Translations under genes and position numbers: made by a program | The notes under the pieces: generated by a model | Seen by the model: the letters and a program-made list of their open reading frames with translations, nothing else | Database searches by the model: none | What the model was told of the DNA's origin: nothing | In this document: positions 38,120 to 50,364 of the stretch, piece by piece | How the letters are laid out: every line of letters starts with the position of its first letter | Position numbering within the stretch: the first letter of the stretch is position 1 | Assembly (NCBI RefSeq): GCF_963921235.1 | Contig: NC_086097.1 | Coordinates: 105,650,001 to 105,714,000 of the forward strand | DNA length: 64,000 nt | Direction of reading: 5' to 3' | DNA from: Mobula hypostoma | Lineage: Eukaryota

Positions 38120-40300
38120 AGCTAAGAATCTATGATCAGAGAGCTCTATAGGATAAAAAGAAGCCAGAAGAGAACTCAAGGGAATTAGGAAAGCCAGGAG
38201 GGGCCATGAAAAGTCCTTGGCAAGTAGGATTAAAGAGAATCCCAAGGCATTTTACACATACAACGAGAGCAAGGTGATAACTAAGGAGAGAGTAGGACCA
38301 CTGAAGGATAAAGGAGGGAACATTCCCTTGAATGCAGAGGATAGCCTAAATGAGTACTTTATATCAGTATTTACCAAGAAGGAGGATGTGGAGGATAGGG
38401 AGATTAGTGCTGAGTGTATTAATTTGCTAGGGCATTTCAAGATAAAGGAGAATGTAGTGTTGGTCTTTTAAACAAGATTGAAGTGATAAATATCTAAAAC
38501 CAGATGGGACCCCAGGTTACTGAGAGGCAAGCAATAAGATTGTTAATATCTTTGTGTCCTTTCTGGTCACAGGCCAGGTTCTAGAGGACTGGCAAGTAGC
38601 TACTATTGTTCCATTATTCAAGAAGGGAACCAGGGATAATCCTGAAAAGTATAAACTGGTGAGCATCACATCAGCGGTAGGGAAGTTCCTGGAGAGAATT
38701 CTTAGGGATAGGGTTTATGAGAAATTGGAAAACCATGGCCTAATTAGGGAGAGCCAGCATGGCTTTGTGCAGGGCAAGTAACTTGACTGAGTTTTTTGAC
38801 AAGGTGATGAGGGTGATTGATAAAGGTAAAGCCATGGATGTTGCCTACATGGATTTTAGTAAGGCATTTGACAAGGTCCTTCATGGGAGGCTCATCCAGA
38901 GTGAGGTGCATGGGATCCATGGTGAATTGGCTGTTTGGCCTATTGATCACAGTGACTGAAGGCACTTAGTCTAGCTGGAGGTCAGTGATTAGTGATGTTC
39001 TGCTGGGATCTATACTGAGACCTCTGCTGTTTGTGATGTTATATAAATTACCTGGATGAAAATGTACAAGGGTGCATTAGTAAGTTTGCAAATGATGCAA
39101 AGATTGCTGGTGTTGTAGATAGCTTAGAAGATTGGCAAAGAATACAGCAGGATACAGATCTGTTGCAGATATGGACAGAGAAATGGTAGATGGCGTTTAA
39201 CTGGCCAAATGTGAAGTGTTACACCTTGGTAGGTCAAATGTAAAGAAACAGCACACTGTTAAGGGCAAGACTTGTAGCAAAGTTAATGAGCAGAGGGATC
39301 TTGGGATCCAACTTCATGGCTCCCTGAAAGTGGTTGTACAGGTCGATAAAGTGGTTTAGAAGCCATATAACACGCTTGCCTTTATTACTCGAGGCATTGT
39401 GTTCAATATTCAGGTATTGATGTTGCAGCTTTTCAACCGGCTGGTGGCGCAGTGACATCAGCGCTGGACTCCGGAACGGAGGTTCCCGGGTTTGAATCCA
39501 ATCGGGCTGTTCCTGAGTACACTTTCCATCCGTGCCAGATTGAGTGCTCACAACTCGACCTCGTAAAAATAAAGAAAATACAGTACTGCAAAATGTCTGC
39601 GTGAGGAGTGGAGTGCCACACAGTCTCTTGTTCCGCGCCTTGTAAGGCATGAAAATTCCTGACGCTGTCCTCTTGGGCCTGAGTCGACATCATCATTTTT
39701 CAAAACTTCAGTTAGGCTGAATCTAGAGTATTGCATATAGTTCTGGTTACTTCATTATGGGAATGACATTGAGGCTTTGGAGATGGTGCAGAAGAGGTTT
39801 ACCAGGATACTGCCTGGATTGGAGGGTGTGTGCAATTATGAGAGATTGAACACACTTGGGTTGTTTATTCTCGAGCGGCAGAGGCTGAGGGGAGATCTGA
39901 TAGAGGTTTATAAGATTATGACTGCCATAGATGGAGTAGACAGGGAGCATCTCTTTCCCAGGGTTAAAATGTCTTAATAGCAGAGGGTATGCATTTATGG
40001 TGAGGGGAGCATCTCTTTCCCAGGGTTAAAATGTCTTAATAGCAAAGGGTATGCATTTATGGTGAGGGGGGTAAGTCCAAAGGAGACGCAAGGGTCAAGG
40101 TTGAGTGGTGGGTACCTGGAATATGCTGTCAAGTAATTAGGGGTTCGTTTAGATAGGCACATAAATGTGAAGAAATTGGAAGGATATGTAGATTGTGTAG
40201 GTATAAGGGATTAGTTAAGTCAGCCACGATTACTAATTCAATTGGCTTGACACAACATTGTGGGCTGAAGGGCCTGTTCTTGTGCTGTACACTTCTCTGT
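38120..40300 (+). mobile_element. Older CR1 RT region, with SINE insertion 39437-39700 and a 62-bp tandem duplication
   Basis: ORFs 38217..38471 (KENPKAFY), 38554..38781, 38759..38959 (MDFSKAFDKV) and 39777..39977. Confidence 0.8.
39943..40066. repeat. 62-bp tandem duplication
   Basis: gggagcatctctttcccagggttaaaatgtcttaatagcaragggtatgcatttatggtgag occurs twice with one mismatch. Confidence 0.9.
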
Positions 40301-40309
40301 TCAATGTTC

Positions 40310-42390
40310 TTTATTGAATCTTCCCTCATTCTCCTACATTCCAGGGAATAAAGTCGGAACCTATTCAAACTTCCCCTATAACTCAAATCCTCAGGTCCCA
40401 GCAATATCCTTGTAAATGTTCTCTGTACTCTTTCAACCTTACTGTTATCTTTTCGGTAGGGAGATGACCAGAACTGCATACAGTGCTCTAGATTAGGCCT
40501 CACCAAAATCTTGTACAACTTCAACATAACATCCCAACTCCTATACGCAATATATGTTAAAAGCTCACTTTATGACAGTATCTACCTGTAATGCCACTTT
40601 CAAGGAACTATGGATCTGTATCCCCCGATCCCTCTGTTCTGCTGCATTCCTCCATGCCCTACCACTCACAGTACAAGTCCCCCCAAAGTACAACACCTTA
40701 CATTTGTCTGTATTAAATTCCATCTGCCATTTTTCAGCTCATTTTTCCAGAGGTCCAATTAGCCTTGACTCCCAATCTTGGTGTTATCAGCAAATTTGCT
40801 GAGCCAGACTCTCATAGATATAAATGACAAACAACAATGGGCACAGCACCAACCCTCAGCACGCCACTAGCCCCAGGCCTTCAGTCACAGAGGCACCCAT
40901 CTACTATCTCTGGCATTCGTGAAGCCAATGTAGAATCCAGCTGACTACCTCACCCTGAATGTCCACTGACAGAACCTTCTTGACTAGCCTTCCATGTGGG
41001 ATGTTGTCTTGCGGCCTAACTAAAGTCTATGTAAACAACATCCACTGCCTTTCCTTCATCAACTTTCCTGGTAACCTTTCAAAAAAACTTTAAGATTGGT
41101 TAGTCACAACCTCCTACACATAAAGCCATGTTGACTATTCCTAATGAGGCTCTGTCTGTCCAAAGACTTCTATATCTGGTCCCTTAGAATGCCTTCCAAT
41201 CATTTACTGACGAGAGGTATGCCGGCCTATAATTTCCCAGTTTATTCTTAGACCTTTCTTGAACAATGAAAGATCAGCTATTCTCCAGTCCTCTGGCACC
41301 TTTCCCGTGGCGAAGAACATTTTAAATAGCTCTGCCAGGGCCCGTACAATTTTTGCACTAATCTTCCACCAGGTCAAAGGGGTCACCTTGTCGGGCACTG
41401 GAAATTTATTCGCCTTAATTTGCCTCAAGAAAGCAAGCTGCTCCTCTGTAACCTGCATATATGGTCCATGACCTCACTGCTGTTTTGCCTCAGTTCTATA
41501 GACTCTGTTGTCATCTGCCAAGTAAATACAGATGCAAAAATCCATTTAAGATCTCTCCCCATCTCTTTAGCTCCATGCATAGATGATCATGCTGATTTCA
41601 AGAGGACCAATGTTGTCTCTTGTTCTTTTGCTCTTAATGTATCTGTGGGTCTCTTACCTCAAGTGCCATCGCAATCCCATTCCTTTTTAGCCTTCCTGAT
41701 TTCCCTCGTTTCCTCTTGCATTTCTTATACTCAAATGCCTCATTTGTTTCTTGCCTGCTTATAATTTGCTGTGCATTTCCTTCCTAACCAAGGGCTCAAT
41801 ATCTCTCAAACCAAGGTTCCCTAAACCTGTTAGCCTTGCCTTTTATTCTAACAGGAGCATAGAGTCACCTTATGAGCATACAATCTATGTTAATAAGCTA
41901 TCTTACATATTTATAATCATAGTATTTTTGATTATTATTGTGTTCTTTATCTTACTATGTTTTTTTGCACTGCATTGGATCCAAATTGACAATTATTCTG
42001 TTCTCCTTTACATTTGTGTACCAGAAATGACATTAAAGAACCCTGAATGAATGAGACCAACTCTGTACTCTCAAAATTTCACTTTTGAATGCCTCCTACT
42101 TACTCAGTGTACCTTTGCCAGAGAACAATCTATCCCAATCGTCACTTGCCAGAACTTTTCTGATGCTATCAAAGCTGGCCTTTCTCCAGTTGAGAATTTC
42201 AGTTTAAGGACTAATCCTACCCTTCTCCACAGTTATCTGGAGATTAATGGAATTATGGTCACTAGGTCCAAAGTGTTCCCCTGTACACACTTTTGTTACC
42301 TGCCCCGGCTCATTCCCTAATAGGAGACCCAGTATCACATTCTCTCTAGTTTGGATCTCTTGTATTGATAAAGGAAACTTCGCTAAATGC
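40310..42390 (-). mobile_element. Degenerate CR1 LINE
   Basis: ORFs 40129..40527 (KLYKILVRPNLEHCMQFWS), 41204..41458 and 42204..42518 (LLGNEPGQV...GPSDHNSI). Confidence 0.8.
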
Positions 42391-43490
42391 ATTTGACAGA
42401 TGTATTTGACATGAAGTGCAACAAACCTTGTGACAACTTTCAAAATAAAACAATACATGCACATTCTTAAAATGTAAAGTAAAATGGAAAATGTACATTG
42501 TGGGGATTCCTGGCCCAAAAATTAAAGATGGTTCAATTGGGTGTATGGAGAGGAAGTAGCTAGTAATCACAAGGGTTAGTGGATTTCTCGGAACTTTTCT
42601 TCACCTAACCCAGTCCATGCAAAAAAAAGACTTAAGTAACTGAGGCAGAAGGGTGTTGAGTAAAGACAGCTTGTCAGATTGGTTGGGGATAGCCTTGGCG
42701 ATGAAAATTAGAGAAGTTAATTAGATGTGGAGGCTGGTGGAAAAAAATCTGCCCTCCTCACCATCACAGATCTTCCATTTACCTTTCTACTGACTTTGAA
42801 GTAGTTAAATCCGTAATATAGCTGCTTTGAACTGCCTTGACTGAAGCATTAACTCTGTATTTCTTAGCTTGTCTCTGCAGAGCACCTGGGTATTTCTATT
42901 TTTTTTGGCACTCATATTTTTCTTTCATTCATTTCATATGAGGGATCTATTAAATGAGGTAAAATAACAATTAACAGAACTTTTTCCATTTTTAGGACAT
43001 CACACTGGAATCTTTTTATTCTCTTTCCAAACTGCCAGTAGTGTATCAGAAACACCAGGTAGAAAGTAATCATTGAGCTAATAGGCTGACTGTGTTTATT
43101 GAGGAATAGAAGAGATCAGACTCAAGTGAAATAACCAGAAAACAATGTACAGATAAGCAAACTAAAGTAGGAAACTGTTCAGCAGAAATGCATCACAATT
43201 AAAAAGCCAGAAACTTGGCAGCAGCAAAGTGGAAAAAAATGCCATGTACCGAGTTCATTGGCAATGACAAAGATGAGGAATGAAAATAAAACTTCAGGCA
43301 AAATTTGTAAAACCTGTATTAAAAAGGAGCCATCATATACATTAAGAAAGGCGGGGAGAAGGGAAAAAATGGGGAGCTATAAACCAGTTAGCCTGTCATC
43401 AGTTTGGGAAGGGAAATGGTAGAAATTATTAGGGAAGAACTAACAGGGCATGTGGAAAATAATAGGCAACCTGGGCCTGGTTGATATAGG

Positions 43491-44075
43491 TGTCAGGGTT
43501 TCTTCTTTTATGTTACTGCTAAGGTGAATAAAATGGCTTCTCTGTACTGTTAACTGCTGAGGCAGTGGTTCTCTATAGCAGCATGTTTGGGTTATAATTA
43601 GTGATAACGGGACTTGCTAATCAATTGGGATAGATGTTATTCTTTCTGTATGTGTGAAAGCTGTTAGTTTGCGTGGGCTTGGGGGAGAAGGTGCAAAGAG
43701 GATGAAGAGAGAAGACGTGTCTTGAGGAGACAGTTGCCGGACCCACTGGGCCTGGGCTAGGGGCAGGAGCCCAGGGGTCAACAACGAGCGAAGGAGGGTC
43801 AGCGAAAGGGAATCTGTAAGCTCCAACGTTTGTGCACTAGACATGTTTATGAGATTATTGGTGCCTTTTATTTGTTTTCCTTTTCTTTTATTTCTCTACT
43901 AACCCCATACTTAAATATAAAATCTCAATCGTTTAACCGCACATTGTGGACTGAATGTTATTCTGGGGTACAGGGGACAGGACATGCAGCATCCACCCAA
44001 ACAAGAGTGCTAAAGTTTGGCAGGGTAGGGGGTGCCACCCCCGAAATCATGCCAGTAGGCAAAGCGAGTGTTACA
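43491..44075 (+). repeat. 5' LTR
   Basis: tgtcagggtttcttctttt...gcaaagcgagtgttaca; direct repeat of 47207-47806. Confidence 0.95.
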
Positions 44076-44078
44076 ATG

Positions 44079-44096
44079 TGGGGGCTCGTCTGGGAA
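44079..44096 (+). other. Primer-binding site, tRNA-Pro type
   Basis: TGGGGGCTCGTCTGGGAA versus canonical tRNA-Pro PBS TGGGGGCTCGTCCGGGAT (16/18), 3 nt after the LTR. Confidence 0.85.
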
Positions 44097-44251
44097 ATGG
44101 ATTTTTGTAGGGTGCTGCGTGTTCGCCCTGTTTAAATCAGTGCCGGTGTGTCTCTGTGGGGTTGGGGTAATGTGTGTCTCTGTGGGATTGGGGTTAGTAA
44201 TGGGCTGAGTGGGGTGGATATTCATACCTTGGATGAATTGTTAATTCGATT

Positions 44252-45100
44252 TTGAATATGGTTAAAGCTGATGGCAAGTTTGAAATTGTAGCACAAAAGG
44301 TTGATAAAATGGCTGTCTCAGACCTTGCTTTAGCGCGGGCTAGCGCTGACGTCATGAAGGTGGGATTGCCAGTGTCTATTGGTGCCCCGGGTGAGGTGGG
44401 GCCATGGACTGTCCATACTGTCAGGAGGGAGGGGGAAGAGTGTTCAGAGTTTGAACGTCTAATCAGTCCTCGTCCCCCAGTGGAGAGTGAGAATTCTGGG
44501 GTAGTGTATGCTTTTGTTTCTCTAGCAAATAGATGTTCCCGCTATGGCAGGCTTGGCTTTTCCTTTGGAACAATGCCCACCCCTGAAGGGGCGGAGGCGT
44601 ACGAGACGTGGGCAGAGGCGTACGAGACATGGGCGGAGTGGATCTCTCAGTTGTTAGATAAGTGGCAGTGCTCGGATGAGGGAAAGCGGCAGGGATTGGT
44701 TGAAAGTTTGAGTAGGCGGGCTGGTGACGGTGTTAGAACTGTCAGGGTCAATTACCCTGTAGTGACAGCTGCCAGAAATCTGAAAACAGGGGGAAATGCA
44801 TTTGGTTCAACTGGAAGTAAAATGCAGCACCTGGGGGGCTTTCCATACCTGTGTCAGGAGATTGGGGGAAAGTTTTCAGGGTATTTTCTCTGGCTGGGGG
44901 GGGCAGATAAATTGCTTGTGGTGCCGGGGGATCAGTTAAGGGGATCAGCCCCTCCCTCAGTTGTTCAGCTGATCAGAGAGGTGTTGGGAAACTTAATGGA
45001 GGCCCAGTGGGGGAACGGCTTGGGGTCTCTGGGGGAACACGTTCCCAACAATGTACCAAGGAACTTCAGGAAGAAAAAGACCCTATTTCTGAGGGCTTAG
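44252..45100 (+). pseudogene. gag, PNMA/MOAP1-like capsid (degenerate)
   Basis: F(S)GTMPTPEGAEAYETW...WQCSDEGKRQGLVESL...AFGSTGS...F..LCQ..GGKFSGY resembles the PNMA-type Gypsy capsid motifs. Confidence 0.75.
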
Positions 45101-45465
45101 TGGGACCACGCTTCAGTGTGTCGTTACGGATGGAGGGAAGCTATGCTAAGGCCATCCTCGACACTGGGGCGCAGGTCAAGTTGTTGTACAGTTCGTTTTA
45201 CAACTGGTATTTAAAGCATTTTCCCTTGACACCATTTCGGGCACTGGAAATTCGGAATATCAGTGCTAGGGATTATCCAGAAGACGATTGGAATCCAGTG
45301 AAATTGGAGTTCTTGGAGGCCAAGGTGGGGGTGTCTGAGGTTTGTGAATCGTTAGTGCTGATGTGTCCAAACACTGTTGAGACTGGCAGCGTTTCGATTC
45401 TGGAGGGGACCAACACCCTGCTGGTGAGGAAGGCACATGGGGGCCTGCCAGGAGGAGGTGGGTGA
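45080..45465 (+). pseudogene. Retroviral-type aspartic protease
   Basis: EGLVGP...[11 protein letters not shown] (DTG at 45160-45168)...ILEGTN. Confidence 0.8.
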
Positions 45466-45635
45466 GAGCTGTTTAGGGGCACTGTCTGTGCACCCCTTGT
45501 TTTGAGCTGCTTGTGAGGATGTGTGTAGCAGCATTGGGCCGGTACCGAATTTAAGCGAGAGCCAATGCTGGAAGTATCTGAGGGTGAGCCCCTCTTTGTG
45601 GACGCTCTGACATACCACGGTGGGGGGGTGGGGAG

Positions 45636-46760
45636 TTGACTGCTGAAGACATCTCGGTGAGAGAGAGGTCGCGGCGACTGGCCCCTGCAGACATGGAGGA
45701 CATAGGCAGGGTGAGTGTGGGTTATAGGATCCTGAACAGGCGCACCGTACCTGACCAGTATGCGGTCACGAGGGTCAAAGACGCGCTGGTCTGTCTGAGT
45801 GGTGCGAAGTGGTTTAATGTGCGGGATCTGAGGAGTGGATGTTGCCAGATCCTAATGAGTGAGGCTGACAAGGAGAAGACGGACGTTATAAGTCCCCTGG
45901 GATCCTTCCAGTCCGAAAAGATGCCCCAGGTGATATCCGGAGCCCTTGCACCTTTCCAGTGGGGCATGAGGAAGACGGTGGGGAATGTGGAATTTTTTGG
46001 AGTTTTGGTGTATTTGGATGATCTCCTAGTATGTGGATCTGCCTCGGAAGAATATGAAGCGAGGCTGTTGCAGGAGCGGTTGAGAACTAAAGAGTTAAAG
46101 CTTTCTCTGGACACGTGCCAGGTCTGGCGAAGGTTGCAGCTCATGAGTGACTGTCTCTACGGGATCAAGTTTGAAGTGAAGACGGAGAGACAAAATTCCC
46201 AGCAGAGACTGGAGAAAGTGATCCAGAACCGGTTGGAAGACTTGCAAGTTGGGGAAGACAAAGAAAGCTGTCTGACTAAGGCCAACAGAAAACCAAGAAC
46301 CCAGAGAGGGGAGTTTGACTACACTTCCGAGGAGGTGAAGCAATTGCGGATAGATCTTGGAAGAGGGAAGCGGACGCTTGAAGGGAACCTGAAGATGACC
46401 ATCCACAGTTTAAATGAAGTGGAAAACCTGAAAGTTGACCTGGAAGAAGTTATCAGGAAGAAAAAGCTGGAGATAAGTTCAGTGGACACTAAACTGGAAG
46501 CTGAACAATCTTTAACTGCTGCTTTTCAGGTCAGGGTGGAAGAAGCTGGTGGAGTAACTGCGTCCCTGATTGAGATGGCCAAGAAGCGTGAGTCAGAACT
46601 GCTGAGACTGTGGCGAGAGTTGGAGGAGTCCAGGAAGAAGCTGTCGTCTCGATTACAGGAGGCTGAAGAGGCTGCAGAAGCAGACCAGGCCAGGTGCTCC
46701 AGCATGGAGAGAACCAACCAGCAGCTACATTCAACGGATGATGAGATGGAGGTGTGGTAA
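45636..46760 (+). pseudogene. Chimeric open frame: deleted Gypsy RT, RNase H remnant, then myosin heavy-chain coiled-coil
   Basis: [13 protein letters not shown]...DLRSG...[10 protein letters not shown] (YLDD 46011-46022); [12 protein letters not shown] (RNase H remnant); then myosin tail motifs from about 46200 to 46730. Confidence 0.85.
46200..46730 (+). pseudogene. Captured, intronless, internally deleted sarcomeric myosin heavy-chain rod fragment (MYH16-like)
   Basis: [91 protein letters not shown], and [31 protein letters not shown]. Confidence 0.85.
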
Positions 46761-47206
46761 ATGCTGCCTTTCGCTAACTTCCCCTTGTTGGGTGAAGAGA
46801 CTCCTGGCCCTTCTCCCACTGAGTCAGGTGAGGAGGGTGGGGTGCTAGCTGTGGGCAGCCTGGGTTACTGCAGGTCCCTGAAAGAGAGACGGGTGCCTGC
46901 ACACAGGACAGAACGCTCCGAGTTGCAGTGGGGGTACGAGTGAGAGATTGGGAGAGGAGTCGGCAAGCAGACCCGAGGTATCCCTAGTAGTGTCCGAGCC
47001 TGAAGGGTTTAGGTGAGGGGGTACGGAGGTCTCAGAGGATTAGGAAACTCCCAGATGGGTTGGCCTATGTAGCGCCTGGGGAACAGGGCGTAAGGTCTAC
47101 TGTTTGGGGAGCAAAGTCGCTGTTTGTACCTGGATTGGGTTTTTGTGTCTGCAGGAAGGGTTGGCAAGTTATTTAGGAGTCATGACTAAATTGGGTGGGG
47201 GGAGAG

Positions 47207-47806
47207 TGTAAGGGTTTCTTCTTTTATGTTACTGCTAAGGTGAATAAAATGGCTTCTCTGTACTGTTAACTGCTGAGGCAGTGGTTCTCTATAGCAGCAT
47301 GTTTGGGTTATAATTAGTAATAACAGGACTTGTATTCATTTGCTAACCAATTGGGATAGATGCTATTCTTTCTGTCTGTGTGAAAGCTGTTAGTTTGCAC
47401 GGGCTTGGGGGAGAAGGTGCAAAGAGGATGAAGAGAGAAGACGTGGCTTGAGGAGACAGTTGCCGGACCCAGTGGGCCTGGGCTTGGGGCGGGAGCCCAG
47501 GGGCCGACGACGAGCAAAGGAGGATCAGTGAAAGGGAATTCGTGAGCTCCAATGTTTGTGCACAGGACATGTTTATGAGATTATTGGCACCTTTTATTTG
47601 TTTTCCTTTTCTTTTATTTCTCTACTAACTAAATAAATATAAAATCTCAATCGTTTAACAGCACATTGTGGCCTGAATGTTATTTCGGGGCACTGATGTT
47701 ACACAGGGGACACAACACGCAGCATCCACCCAAACGAGTGCTAAAGTTTGGCCGGGTGGGGGGTGCCACCCCCGAGATCATGCCACTAGGCAAAGCGAGT
47801 GTTACA
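47207..47806 (+). repeat. 3' LTR
   Basis: tgtaagggtttctt...gcgagtgttaca (TGTAA/TTACA terminal inverted repeat), preceded by PPT gggtggggggagag. Confidence 0.95.
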
Positions 47807-47942
47807 TAGGGTTTTAAATGAGAGATGGTGCTTGACAAATCTGCTGTGGTTTTACACTTTGGAAAGGTCCACAATGAAATGTCCCATAAGAAGTTATTAA
47901 ACAGAATTGAAGTACATGAAATTGAGTCACATAGACATAAAT

Positions 47943-48145
47943 TGAAGATTGGATCATGGAGGCGTGAATTGAGGATCAGATCATGGAGGTGTGGATTGAG
48001 GATCGGATCATGGAGGTGTGGATTGAGGATCGGATCATGGAGGTGTGGACTGAGGATTGGATCATGGAGGCGTGGAATGAGGATCGGATCGTGGAGGCGT
48101 GGATTGAGGATCGGATCGTGGAGGCGTGGGTTGAGGATCGGATCG
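47943..48145. repeat. 27-bp minisatellite, about 7.5 copies, inside a CR1 RT relic
   Basis: Unit tgaggatcggatcatggaggygtggat. Confidence 0.9.
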
Positions 48146-50364
48146 GGTTTTGGACCGTCAAGGCGTGGGTCGAGGATTGTTTACGGGGTAGACAAGCAGA
48201 AAAAGATTGAACAAGTCTTTTTCCGATCACAAAATGGACCAGTTGGGTGGCAGATCAGTGCTGGCCTTTAACAAGTTTTATCAGTGAGGGTGAGGGGATC
48301 AGGTGTTTGCTAGTGATACAAATCTCAGTGGCAGTGCGGGCATTGGGAAGGATGCAGAAAGGCTTCAGAGACAAAAATGTGGCAGGTAGTAAACCAGAGA
48401 TTTTTTTGAATAGTGAGAATTTTTTTTCTCTTGACACAGAGAAAATTCAGAGCAAAGTATTCTCTTTACACTGACTACTTTCCTCTTCCACTCACAACCG
48501 TGTCAGGGTCTTAACATTGACAATTCTGCTAAATATTATGTTGGCAGCAGAATGTATGTCTTTACTTGCAGGCTGCTCCCAGCACATCCTTGAGTGTGTT
48601 GGTTTTGAATGTAAATGACTCTTTTCAGAATCAGATTTGTTATCAGGTCTATTGTAGCATTATATTAATATATATAATGTTAGATTAAAAATAGTGCAAA
48701 ACAGAAATAATATTTATAAAACAAAAGTGAGGTAGTGTTCATGGGTTCAATGTTCATTTAGGAATCATATGGCAGAGGAGAAGAAGCTGTCCTGAGTCAC
48801 TGAGTGTGTGCCTTCAGCCTTCTGTACCTCCTTTGACGGTAACAATGAAAAGAGGGCATGTCCAGCGTGATGGGGGTCCTTAATGATGGAGGCTGCCTTT
48901 GAGGCACTACACCTTGAAGATATCTTGGATGCTTTGAAGGGCTAGAACCCAAGATGGAGCTGACTAATCTTATAACTTGCTGTAGGTTCTTTCGGTCCTG
49001 TGAAGTTTCTGAATGTTTTAGTTGACAAACCAAATCTCCTCAATCTCTTAATGAAGTATAGCAGCTGTCTTGCCTTCTTTTTAGCTGCATCGATATGGTG
49101 GGACCAGGTTAGAGCCTCAGATGTTGACACCCAGGAATTTGAAATTGCTCTCTTCTGATCCCTCTGATCACTGAATGTTTTGATGTACATGCAATAACTC
49201 TGAATCTAAGGTTATCTCTCAGTCTCCTTCATTCCAGGGTATCCAGTCCCTCCTTATAACTCAAGCCTTCCAGAACCGGCAACGTCCTTGTGAATCTTTT
49301 CTGTACGTTCTACCTACGTTATCATATTTTATAGTAAGGTGACTGGAACTGCACAGACAGTATTAATAGATACATTCTCACCAACATTTGTACAGCTCTA
49401 AAATGAAACCCTAACTCTTGTACTTAGTGTCCCATCCAGAGTAGGCAAGTGTGCTATACACTTTCATCTTGACTACCTGTGTGACCACTTACGGAACCTA
49501 TATACTTGTATCTCAGAGTATTTCTGTTCTATAGTGCTGCCCATGACCCTGCCATTCACTGTAAATATCTTCCCAAAATATATTACTCTGCACTTGTCAG
49601 AGTTAAATTCCATTTGCCATCTTCAGCCTACTTTCTCGATCCTGTGGTAACCTTGGACAAGCTTCTTCACTGTCTACAACGCCACCAGTTTTGGTATCTG
49701 CAGACTTTCAGATCATGCCAGTGATATTTTCATCCAAATCATTAATATATGTGACAAACAACAGAACTCAGCACTGATGCAGAATCAAAGACCTCCACTC
49801 TAGGGGTGAAAAAACAACCCTCCACCACCACCCTCTGACTCCAATGAAGAAGCCAAATTTGTATCCATTTGTAACCATGAGATTCTGCAGATTGCTGAAA
49901 ATTCAGAGTAACACCTACAAAGACTAGAGGATCTCATCATTCCTGATGAAGGATCTCTGCCTGAAATGTCGACTGTTTATTCCTCTCCAAATATGCTGTG
50001 TGATCTGCTGAGTTCCTCCAGCATTTTGTATGTGTTACTCTCTATATCCAATTGGCTAGCTCACTCTGGATCCTAGGTGATTTCACATTTTGAACAAGCT
50101 TATCATATGCTGAATTACCTGTTGTAACTTTCCCCAGTACTGATGTCCGGCTCACCAGGCTGTCATTTCCTGGCTTGTCCTTGCAGCTGCTGCTTGTATA
50201 AGTGCACTATATGCAGGTACCTCACTTGAGGCTAAGGAAGATACAAAGATCTTTACCAGGACTCCAGTGATTTCTAGTGTCCCACAAGGTCCTGGGGTGC
50301 ACTTTGTCCAGCCTTATGCACCTCAAGATCACTAACCCACCTTGGGGTTGGTGTAGGCAACAGT

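Larger units (their letters stand above)
43491..47806 (+). mobile_element. Gypsy LTR retrotransposon (PNMA-like gag), non-autonomous, carrying captured myosin heavy-chain sequence
   Basis: LTRs 43491-44075 and 47207-47806 (TG...CA); TSD TAGG (43487-43490 and 47807-47810); PBS 44079-44096; PPT 47193-47206; gag, DTG protease and YLDD RT. Confidence 0.95.

Noticed and set aside
46200..46730. Exon(s) of a genuine nested myosin gene
   Set aside because: It lies between paired LTRs, is fused to RT, is internally deleted, and no other myosin exons occur in the window.
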